64,000 bases of DNA from positions 891,461-955,460 of the forward strand of contig CBDATG010000002.1 in NCBI GenBank assembly GCA_965200145.1, in the 5' to 3' direction. A program made the position numbers and the translations under genes. Positions 9,346 through 17,356 of this stretch are shown piece by piece; the stretch's first letter is position 1, and every line of letters begins with the position of its first letter. Source of the DNA: Dehalococcoidia bacterium. Lineage in GTDB: Bacteria > Chloroflexota > Dehalococcoidia > Lucifugimonadales > Lucifugimonadaceae. The notes under the pieces were generated by a model. That model saw only the letters and a program-made list of their open reading frames with translations. It was not told where the DNA came from and ran no database searches.

Positions 9346-10209
9346 CTAAAGCGCGTAACTCGCCAGCATATCCCTCGCCGACGGATTCGGAGCCTCACTC
9401 GCTATCTTGTCAACCATATCCTGCAATGTCGGACGCTCTTCGCGGTAGATGACACCCAGCGGCACGCCCGGACGATCCAACAGGTCCTCTGCCGCCTGCT
9501 TACTTGTCGGATCATGATCTTCAGGCACTTCCCAGGCTGTCCCCGCTATGCCCGCACGTCGATTGCCCTTCAGCAGGTCGTAAGTGTCGTTATACGTCGT
9601 GCAAGGCGACTGAACATGCACTATCGAGAAACCTGGATGATTCATCGCATCGTGAATTACTGCCGCCAAATCACGCGGCTTGCTCGAGTAGTGTGAGGCT
9701 ATGTAAGACACACCGCTCGTGAGGTAGTACTTCAACGGGAGCATCTGCATCTCGATCTTGCCGTACGGAGTCGAGCTTGTCTTCATCCCAAGCTCTGATG
9801 TCGGTGATGATTGCCCCTTCGTCAACCCGTAGACTCCGTTGTCCATGACCACGCACGTGATATCCACATTCCGTTGCGCCGCCGGACCGATATGCTCGCC
9901 GCCGATGGACAGGAAGTCGCCATCACCCGCAACGACTATCGCGTGCAAATCCGAGTTGCCCATCTTCACGCCTAGTGAAAGTGGCAACGTTCGCCCATGT
10001 ATACCGTGCAACCCAAACGGTTGATCCCCTTCTAGCAGGTGCACCATATTGCCCGAACAACCGATGCCTGCTACCACGACGTAGTTCGATTGCGGTATCT
10101 CGTGCTCCGCGATGTGTCGCTCCATTGCCCACTCAAGAGCCCGGCGAACACCGAAGTCTCCACAACCCGGGCACCAAACAAAGTCATATTCGGGATTGCG
10201 CTTGCTCAA
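9346..10209 (-). CDS. korB: 2-oxoacid:ferredoxin oxidoreductase beta (TPP-binding) subunit
   Basis: WCPGCGDFG, GIGCSGN and the GDGD TPP-binding motif. 4-nt overlap with the upstream alpha subunit gene. Confidence 0.85.
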   Translation of the reverse strand: MSKRNPEYDFVWCPGCGDFGVRRALEWAMERHIAEHEIPQSNYVVVAGIGCSGNMVHLLEGDQPFGLHGIHGRTLPLSLGVKMGNSDLHAIVVAGDGDFLSIGGEHIGPAAQRNVDITCVVMDNGVYGLTKGQSSPTSELGMKTSSTPYGKIEMQMLPLKYYLTSGVSYIASHYSSKPRDLAAVIHDAMNHPGFSIVHVQSPCTTYNDTYDLLKGNRRAGIAGTAWEVPEDHDPTSKQAAEDLLDRPGVPLGVIYREERPTLQDMVDKIASEAPNPSARDMLASYAL

Positions 10210-11948
10210 GCTGTTACGAGTCCTTTCCCAGTGCGCGACTCCGATAGTTTCGCACCGATCATCTCTACCAGAGTAGAGGGTCTGAATGGCAATCCGGTGT
10301 ACTGCGTTACCGACTCAGCGCGGTAGCCGCTTTGACGCAGTATCGCAGACCATTGCCCTAGATAGTTCAATTCCGGTACCAGCACTCGGTCAGCCGCCGC
10401 GAGCACCGACCTGACCTCTTCGGGTAACGGATTCAGTGCCATAGAGTAAATCCAACCCACATCTTGACCAGACTCCAACAACTCCTCATAAGCCTCGCGC
10501 GCCGGACCCTTCGATGAACCCCACGGCATGATGAGAACGGCAGCATCCTCGTTCTCAATCTCATATGGCGCGTCATTGAGAAGCTGCATCTTCTCAAAAC
10601 GCCTGTGCGTTAGGCGCATGTGATGCGCGGGCAGGTGTGTCGTATCACCGATCTCGTCGTGCTCGGAACCGTTCGCGACATATGCTCCAGCTCCGCCCGG
10701 TATTGGCATCGGCGACAGCTGAGACGTATCATCCCACGATTGATAGCGTTTGTAACCGTTGCTACCGGAGTAGACCTTCCGACCTTCAACCGATACGCTA
10801 TCCAAGTCGGGCTTTGCGATGTTCTCGCCCTTCTCCGCCTGACCGAACTCACTCATCACGATCACCGGGCCCTGATACCGTTCCGCCCAGTTGATGCCAA
10901 GAACGCCAGCATCGAAACACTCCGACACCGAACCTGGTGCCAAGACCGGGATGCTCAGGTCCCCGTGACCCGGATGCAAGCACGCGAATAGGTCGCTCTG
11001 CTCCGATTTCGTCGGCAATCCCGTCGACGGTCCACCGCGTTGAACGTCCACCACCACGCACGGTATCTCTGCCATCCACGCGAGACCTAGTCCCTCACCC
11101 ATCAGCGATATCCCCGGGCCCGCCGTCGCAGTCATCGCCTTCTTGCCCGCAAATCCCGCTCCTACAATCGCACTTATCGCTTCTATCTCCGACGAAACCT
11201 GATACGCAAACCGATCCTTGCCAATCAGATTGTTCTCCATCCAAACCAAGATCGTCGTAGCTGGTGAAATCGGATAACCGACGTAAAACTCCAGACCCGC
11301 CGCCATCGCTCCCAACGACAAAGCCGCATTCCCAGTTATCATGACCTGTTCGTAATCAGGCGGTGATGCCTCGTCCAACTCACCAACGCTGAAGCCGCTC
11401 TGCGCGGCCGCCTCGGCTCCCAGCCGGACAGCTTCAATGTTCGCCGAGATTATCTCCGCGTCGTTCGGACGACCGCGGGTGAAACGAGCAGTGATGAAGG
11501 AATCTATCTCTTCAAGCGAGAAACCTATCAGTTGCGCCACCGCACCGATGGTCACCATGTTGGCAGCACGAGCGTTGCCCGTCGACTTCGCCAGATCATC
11601 CGCATGTATCCCGAATCGCTGACCGCCCTCGGGCAGAGTAAACTCCTCAGCGTTGTAAATCGCAACGCCGTGGTCGTACAGGTCACCCTTGTGATTGTTG
11701 TACGCGTACTCGTTGAGCGTCACCAGCACGTCAACGCCATCGCCAGAGCTCAGCACCGGGGTCGTCGAGATGCGAACCTGCGAAGACGCCGGACCACCCA
11801 TGATCTGCGAAGGGAAGGTAGAAAATGTCGATACGTAGTAACCAGCGTTCGCAGCCGCACGCGCCATCGCGTCGGCAGACGTGACGAGACCTTGACCGCC
11901 CTCGCCAGCGAACCGGATAACGAAATCGTGACTCTTACTTTGGCTCAT
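10206..11948 (-). CDS. korA: 2-oxoacid:ferredoxin oxidoreductase alpha subunit (gamma-alpha fused type)
   Basis: N-terminus FAGEGGQGLVTSAD (gamma-like domain) followed by a pyruvate-flavodoxin oxidoreductase core pattern (GYPISPAT). 580 aa. Confidence 0.85.
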   Translation of the reverse strand: MSQSKSHDFVIRFAGEGGQGLVTSADAMARAAANAGYYVSTFSTFPSQIMGGPASSQVRISTTPVLSSGDGVDVLVTLNEYAYNNHKGDLYDHGVAIYNAEEFTLPEGGQRFGIHADDLAKSTGNARAANMVTIGAVAQLIGFSLEEIDSFITARFTRGRPNDAEIISANIEAVRLGAEAAAQSGFSVGELDEASPPDYEQVMITGNAALSLGAMAAGLEFYVGYPISPATTILVWMENNLIGKDRFAYQVSSEIEAISAIVGAGFAGKKAMTATAGPGISLMGEGLGLAWMAEIPCVVVDVQRGGPSTGLPTKSEQSDLFACLHPGHGDLSIPVLAPGSVSECFDAGVLGINWAERYQGPVIVMSEFGQAEKGENIAKPDLDSVSVEGRKVYSGSNGYKRYQSWDDTSQLSPMPIPGGAGAYVANGSEHDEIGDTTHLPAHHMRLTHRRFEKMQLLNDAPYEIENEDAAVLIMPWGSSKGPAREAYEELLESGQDVGWIYSMALNPLPEEVRSVLAAADRVLVPELNYLGQWSAILRQSGYRAESVTQYTGLPFRPSTLVEMIGAKLSESRTGKGLVTA

Positions 11949-12011
11949 ACACTGTTATACGAAGATATTGCCTCAATGGCGCGTTCTTGCAACATCTAAC
12001 GAACCTCTCCC

Positions 12012-13208
12012 TTGAGGCGTGAAACGCGCACGAACGCATCTAATATGATACCCGTTGAAGCGCGAACGCGCGTATGTGCTTCAACTCCCAGCACGAATCC
12101 GTTAGAATCGGATATCGCCTACCGATTCCCTGTCCGAATCCTTACCCCAACTGGGCGAATCGCTGTGTTGAACATCATCAGACCACTCCATTCTCGAACA
12201 AAACGAATCTGGTCGGCGGGCGGAGTGGTGTGTCGGAAAAACAATAACGGCGCAATCGAAGTCGTGCTGGTCGGACGAACAGCCAAATCACTATGGACGC
12301 TACCAAAGGGAACACCGCTTAAAGGCGAACCCGTCGAATACACCGCCGTGCGAGAGGTATCGGAAGAAACGGGGCTCGAAGTCCACCCAATCTCGCATCT
12401 ACGAGACACGAGCCACACGTTCCTGAAAATCGCCAAGTCGCAGAAGGGCGCACCGAACAAGAAGGTCAAAATATACAAGACGGTGCATTGGTACCTGATG
12501 CTCGCCGTAGGTGGGGACTTCGCCAATCACGACGAAGAATTCGACATTGTCAAGTGGGTAAAACCCGCCGATGCCATCCAGATGCTCACCTTCGGAAACG
12601 AACGGAGACTCATCGACGATGCGTGTTACAGACTCCGAGTAGCACTCAACCACCGAGAGACCATCCGACTGAATAGAGGCAACACAACCGTGCGCTCAAA
12701 GAGACTCACCGATGCTTGGGACGACTACAGATGGCGCTCCGACCCCGAGCTAGCTCAGCTGGATGCCACTGCACCAATTTCCGTGACATTCGACCAGTTC
12801 CAAAGAGTATTCGCTCGCTCGTTGAACAGAGCCAAGCCCAACTCACTCCACCTCGCAATCGATGACGAAAACGGCAATCACATAGGCAACTGCATGTGCT
12901 ACGACATCGATCCATCGAAGCGTAACGCAGAGTTCGGAATCATGATCGGCGAACGCGAATGCTGGAACCGCGGATACGGCTCCGACGCAACCCGACTCCT
13001 GCTCCAACACGCTTTCGATAACCTACCGGTCAACAACCTCTTCCTCCACACATTGGCATCCAACACGCGCGCTCAAGCAGCATTCAACAACGCAGGATTC
13101 AAACCCGTCAAACGGATCGACAAAGACGGCACGGAGTTTGTCAGGATGGAAGTGTCCGCCGCAGACATGCACACCAGACGAGTCTTGTCATACTCGTCAT
13201 CAACCTGA
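12012..13208 (+). CDS. NUDIX hydrolase - GNAT acetyltransferase fusion protein
   Basis: NUDIX box GTPLKGEPVEYTAVREVSEETGLEV in the N-terminal half. The C-terminal half has a GNAT-like RGYGSDATRLLLQHAFDNL and NTRAQAAFNNAGFK. The start is uncertain: the track uses TTG 12012, and internal ATG 12045 is possible. Confidence 0.7.
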   Translation: MRRETRTNASNMIPVEARTRVCASTPSTNPLESDIAYRFPVRILTPTGRIAVLNIIRPLHSRTKRIWSAGGVVCRKNNNGAIEVVLVGRTAKSLWTLPKGTPLKGEPVEYTAVREVSEETGLEVHPISHLRDTSHTFLKIAKSQKGAPNKKVKIYKTVHWYLMLAVGGDFANHDEEFDIVKWVKPADAIQMLTFGNERRLIDDACYRLRVALNHRETIRLNRGNTTVRSKRLTDAWDDYRWRSDPELAQLDATAPISVTFDQFQRVFARSLNRAKPNSLHLAIDDENGNHIGNCMCYDIDPSKRNAEFGIMIGERECWNRGYGSDATRLLLQHAFDNLPVNNLFLHTLASNTRAQAAFNNAGFKPVKRIDKDGTEFVRMEVSAADMHTRRVLSYSSST

Positions 13209-13281
13209 CGCGTTACAGAACGTCACCGAGCGGTGCTGTGGTAATCTGTAACCTCAACCAGCAATAGGAGCAAACGCTATC

Positions 13282-13917
13282 ATGCCTAAACTGCTACTTA
13301 TCACCGGGGGAAAGCACCCCTACGAGGAAACAACACCCGTCCTGACCAGATTCCTATCGGATGCCGGCCACGAAGTCGATGTCTCCGAGTCCGCGACCGA
13401 GTTGTCAGGCGACCTATCGGCTTACGATGCCATCGTGCTCAACACTCTGCGACAACCCGACACAGACAACGACCTTGATACCAACCAGAGGGACGGATTG
13501 ATGGGATACGTCTGGACTGGCGGAGGATTGGTATCTGTTCACATCTCTGCCGCGTCGTGTCCAGACTGGGAACACATGAAACCCATGACCGGCGGCGGTT
13601 GGATTCTCGGCGAGAGCTGGCATCCACCGTTCGGGTGGTTCCAAGTCCACATAGAAAACGCCAATCACCCGATCGCCGAGGACACCTCAGACTTCTGGAC
13701 TTACGACGAATGCTACTGCGGACTCGACATACAGCCCGACATAGACGTGTTCATGCACGGTGTCGTCGAAGGCGAAGAGGTGCCGCTCGGTTGGTCACAC
13801 AACTACGGCGACGGCAAGGTTGCAAACATCGCGCTCGGACACGCGGGTTCAAGTCAAGAACATCCCCAGTTTCAGACACTAATACTCAACAGCGTCAGCT
13901 ACGTAACGGCTCCCTAA
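13282..13917 (+). CDS. ThuA-like (trehalose utilisation) domain protein
   Basis: MPKLLLITGGKHPYEE..., the layout and length resemble the ThuA family. GGAG lies about 13 nt upstream of the ATG. Confidence 0.6.
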   Translation: MPKLLLITGGKHPYEETTPVLTRFLSDAGHEVDVSESATELSGDLSAYDAIVLNTLRQPDTDNDLDTNQRDGLMGYVWTGGGLVSVHISAASCPDWEHMKPMTGGGWILGESWHPPFGWFQVHIENANHPIAEDTSDFWTYDECYCGLDIQPDIDVFMHGVVEGEEVPLGWSHNYGDGKVANIALGHAGSSQEHPQFQTLILNSVSYVTAP

Positions 13918-15788
13918 TCCTGACGCGGCGCGGGATTGATCAAGTCCATACCGATCGTCTCAGGCACCACCGCGGCAAGCTCATCAACCGTCCAACGACC
14001 GTTCTTGTAAATCGAACGGCTCGGAACCGGGTGATTCATCAAACTCACCCGATTCCCCGAACAATGGAAGACGTTGCCAGATACCCCTGCCGCCGCATCC
14101 GTGCACAGCCACACCACCATCGGCGCAACATAGTCCGGGTCGTCCGTAATCGTTCCTGCTACCGGAGGCGGAAACGGTCCGGCACGCATCGACCTGATCG
14201 CATCAGGAACACTCTCAGTCATGCGTGTATGCGCACCCGGCGAAATCGTGTTCGCTGTCGTGTCGTAACGCGCCAGCTCTTTGGCCACCACTCGCGTGAA
14301 TCCCGCTATACCGTCCTTCGCAGCTCCGTAATTCGACTGACCACCTTGACCATACAGTCCAGAAACCGACGAAAAAGTGACGATGCGACCTGACTTCTGC
14401 TCGCGGAATATCTCCGATGCCGGGCGCACCACCGAATACGTTCCCTTCAAGTGCACCGCGATCACCGCGTCCCACTCCTCCTCGGTCATGTTGAAAATCA
14501 TTCGGTCGCGCAGTATCCCAGCCGGCGTGATAACGATATCCAGCCGTCCAAACTCATCCAACGCCTGTTGCACAATGTTCGCACCGCCTTCAACCGTCGC
14601 AACAGAGTGGTAAGACGCAACTGCCCGCCCTCCGAGCTCACTTATCTCTTCTACCACCTGCACCGCAGGTGTCGAATCCTCTCCCGCACCGTCTAACGCA
14701 ACGCCAATGTCGTTCACAACGACGGACGCTCCCTCTCGCGCCAGCAGACGCGCAACGCCGCGACCGATACCTCGACCAGCTCCGGTCACCACTGCGACCT
14801 TGCCCGTCAATCTCGAACCGCTCTCCCCTCGAATAATCGCCGGGGCATCCATGCCGCTACCGGGATTGACCTCGGCTAATCTGGACGAACCAGTCGCGCT
14901 TGGCGAGCCGGCCAACAAGATCCTCGGAGCGAGAACATCCAGCTCATCGAGACCCCAGTAGCCCGGCGGATTCGAGGCATAGATCGTGTTCACCCGACGC
15001 GGCAAAGACAAATGAGTAACATTCCCGCCATAAACCAAGAAAATCTGACCGTTGATATGCCCCGCCGCGTCAGATGCCAGATAAGCCACGAACGGCGCGA
15101 CATCCTCAGGATCCCACTCCGGCTCGCCGGCTTGCGGAAGAATGCCGCTCTCAACCATCTGTTCACGCACATGACCGGGGATCGATTCCACCATCCGAGT
15201 CGAAGCTCGTGGAGCAATGCTGTTAGTCGTAACTCCGTATTTCCCCAGGTCCTTCGCAAGCACTTTCGTGAAACCGCCTATCCCTGACTTGGCAGCACCG
15301 TAATTCGACTGCCCGGGATACCCAACTAACCCAGACTCCGACGTGAATGTCACGATCCGACCGCCTCGCTGTTGACGGAATATCGGCGCGGCGTGACGAC
15401 ACACCGCGAAGGTGCCCTTAAGATGAACGTCTATGACCGAATCCCATTCCTCTTCGCTCATGTTGTAGATCATCCGGTCTCGCAAAATCCCAGCCGCCGT
15501 GACCACTATGTCGATTTGACCGAACGAATCCAAAGCCGCCTGCACAATCCGTTCTCCGCCCTCCCAGGTAGTAACAGATTCAATGGACGCAACCGCATCA
15601 CCGCCTGCATCCTTGATAACGTCCACGACCTCATCCGCATGAGAGTTGGAACCGCCGCTACCATCCAACTCCGCTCCAATGTCATTCACGACAACCTTGG
15701 CACCATGCGAAGCCAGAGACAGCGACACTGCCTTGCCGATGCCACGACCCGCACCAGTGACCACCGCAACCTTGTTCTCAAGATGCAA
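13914..15788 (-). CDS. Tandem double short-chain dehydrogenase/reductase (two MFE-2/HSD17B4-like SDR domains)
   Basis: Two complete SDR units: KVAVVTGAGRGIGKA...SNYGAAKSG and KVAVVTGAGRGIGRG...SNYGAAKDG. Each has the TGxxxGIG cofactor motif and the YxxxK catalytic motif. Confidence 0.8.
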   Translation of the reverse strand: MHLENKVAVVTGAGRGIGKAVSLSLASHGAKVVVNDIGAELDGSGGSNSHADEVVDVIKDAGGDAVASIESVTTWEGGERIVQAALDSFGQIDIVVTAAGILRDRMIYNMSEEEWDSVIDVHLKGTFAVCRHAAPIFRQQRGGRIVTFTSESGLVGYPGQSNYGAAKSGIGGFTKVLAKDLGKYGVTTNSIAPRASTRMVESIPGHVREQMVESGILPQAGEPEWDPEDVAPFVAYLASDAAGHINGQIFLVYGGNVTHLSLPRRVNTIYASNPPGYWGLDELDVLAPRILLAGSPSATGSSRLAEVNPGSGMDAPAIIRGESGSRLTGKVAVVTGAGRGIGRGVARLLAREGASVVVNDIGVALDGAGEDSTPAVQVVEEISELGGRAVASYHSVATVEGGANIVQQALDEFGRLDIVITPAGILRDRMIFNMTEEEWDAVIAVHLKGTYSVVRPASEIFREQKSGRIVTFSSVSGLYGQGGQSNYGAAKDGIAGFTRVVAKELARYDTTANTISPGAHTRMTESVPDAIRSMRAGPFPPPVAGTITDDPDYVAPMVVWLCTDAAAGVSGNVFHCSGNRVSLMNHPVPSRSIYKNGRWTVDELAAVVPETIGMDLINPAPRQD

Positions 15789-15809
15789 ATCAAGCCCTCC
15801 TATTCAGGT

Positions 15810-16268
15810 TCAATCGCCAAAAGTTTCGTAGCGCAACTCAACCGTCGCCTTGCCGGGAGTCGTCAACTCCCCGCCAGCGTTTCGCAACTCCAAGTCAATC
15901 TCAAACCGTATTTCACACGTGGCAGCGCGCACATCACGCGCCGTAACCTTACCGTGAATCGTCAACGGCTCACCGGGATAATCGACCGCGCGGTACGAAG
16001 CCGACAATGCCTTTAACGTGCCCGTCGGACCGAACCATTGGTCAACAGCCTGCGCGAATAACGATGTCTTCAACGCCCCGTGGATTACCACACCATCCAG
16101 ATTCGCCGAACGCGCATAATCCTGGTCGTAGTGGATCGGCGTGAAGTCTCGCGACACCGCCGCATACTGCACCAATTGACGCGTCGATACTACGCGCGTG
16201 ATGATCGGCAACTCATCGCCGACCTGCAATTCCAACAATACGACAGCTCGTAAATCTGCCACCATCAT
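15810..16268 (-). CDS. MaoC-family (R)-specific enoyl-CoA hydratase, hot-dog fold
   Basis: YAAVSRDFTPIHYDQDYARSANLDGVVIHGALK matches the hydratase-2 motif region of MaoC dehydratases. Confidence 0.8.
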   Translation of the reverse strand: MMVADLRAVVLLELQVGDELPIITRVVSTRQLVQYAAVSRDFTPIHYDQDYARSANLDGVVIHGALKTSLFAQAVDQWFGPTGTLKALSASYRAVDYPGEPLTIHGKVTARDVRAATCEIRFEIDLELRNAGGELTTPGKATVELRYETFGD

Positions 16269-16294
16269 CGTTGCCCCATCAAATCACAATCAGG

Positions 16295-16771
16295 CTACCG
16301 GGACGTCGTCCTGCCATAAGAAATGGAAGTCGAACGTTGCGTAGCTACAAGGCCGCCATCAGCATCCGTGTACGCCACGTCAGTTATCTTGAACAACATC
16401 GGACCTAACCTGCCGCGTTTCGCAAAGACATCCGCCATCGTACGCACGACCGAGATCTCATCTCCAGCGCGAATGGACTTATGAAACTCATACTCCGATC
16501 CGCCATCCAAGATGTCTAGGAACGGCTCTGGAAACGGTGGATCAAACGGCGCAGACAACAACGAACGCACGATCGTGCCCAACGCCACATCAACCTCTAA
16601 CACCCCATCACGAACATCGCCAGTTACATCCGCCAATTCGCCAGAAATCGCCGCATTGAACTCCAAGATGTCACGCGTCCTAACAACGTACGTCACGGGC
16701 GGCGTAGACCGACCGATAAACTCACGCATCTCCGCGGTCACAACATCGTTTTCACATTCGGGTACAGGCAT
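16295..16771 (-). CDS. MaoC-N-like hot-dog protein (non-catalytic partner of the hydratase)
   Basis: Its size, its position directly upstream of the MaoC gene, and a hot-dog-like pattern (GDEISVVRTMADVFAKRGRLGPMLFKITDV) are typical of MaoC_dehydrat_N partners. Confidence 0.6.
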   Translation of the reverse strand: MPVPECENDVVTAEMREFIGRSTPPVTYVVRTRDILEFNAAISGELADVTGDVRDGVLEVDVALGTIVRSLLSAPFDPPFPEPFLDILDGGSEYEFHKSIRAGDEISVVRTMADVFAKRGRLGPMLFKITDVAYTDADGGLVATQRSTSISYGRTTSR

Positions 16772-16816
16772 GAATTGAGTATACGGGAAGACTCAGGCCA
16801 ACCGTAGACCTAACCT

Positions 16817-17344
16817 TTACTGCCCACGCCGACGCCGCGGCCGCCTACCAACCGCATCCTGCCGCACATTGCGCTTGCGTCTACGCGCCTTTACCTGTGC
16901 AACCGAAACCGGGGCAGCAGCTCGCGCGTCAGCATCCGACGCGTGATCGGTCTTGCCCCAAGCTCGCGGACGTACGAAAACCAACACTGCAACCGAAGTC
17001 AACATCGCCGCGGCAGGAATGTAAAACACGCCAATCTGCCAAACGAACATGATCACGAACACCCACAAGACCAATGCACCAACCACCACGTTGATCTTGT
17101 GATTCCGTTGCACGCGCCCACTCTTGGGCAACGTCAATATCGACGCGCCAGTGATCAGCGTCGGAAACACAGAGAGCAGAATCGCCCAAAGGTTACCTGA
17201 CGAAGCAAAGCTAACCTGACGATACGTTACGACGCCATCCACCACTTCGGTCAGCTCCAACACCGGCCAGAACAACAGGTATCCAAGCGCCACTAGACAC
17301 AGTGCTAGTGCGAACATGCTGAAAATGAAAATCCGGTCAGGCAT
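16817..17344 (-). CDS. Hypothetical integral membrane protein with an Arg-rich C-terminal tail
   Basis: Four predicted hydrophobic helices. The C-terminus is KARRRKRNVRQDAVGRRPRRRRGQ. No recognised family. Confidence 0.45.
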   Translation of the reverse strand: MPDRIFIFSMFALALCLVALGYLLFWPVLELTEVVDGVVTYRQVSFASSGNLWAILLSVFPTLITGASILTLPKSGRVQRNHKINVVVGALVLWVFVIMFVWQIGVFYIPAAAMLTSVAVLVFVRPRAWGKTDHASDADARAAAPVSVAQVKARRRKRNVRQDAVGRRPRRRRGQ

Positions 17345-17356
17345 CGGAACCCAGAC

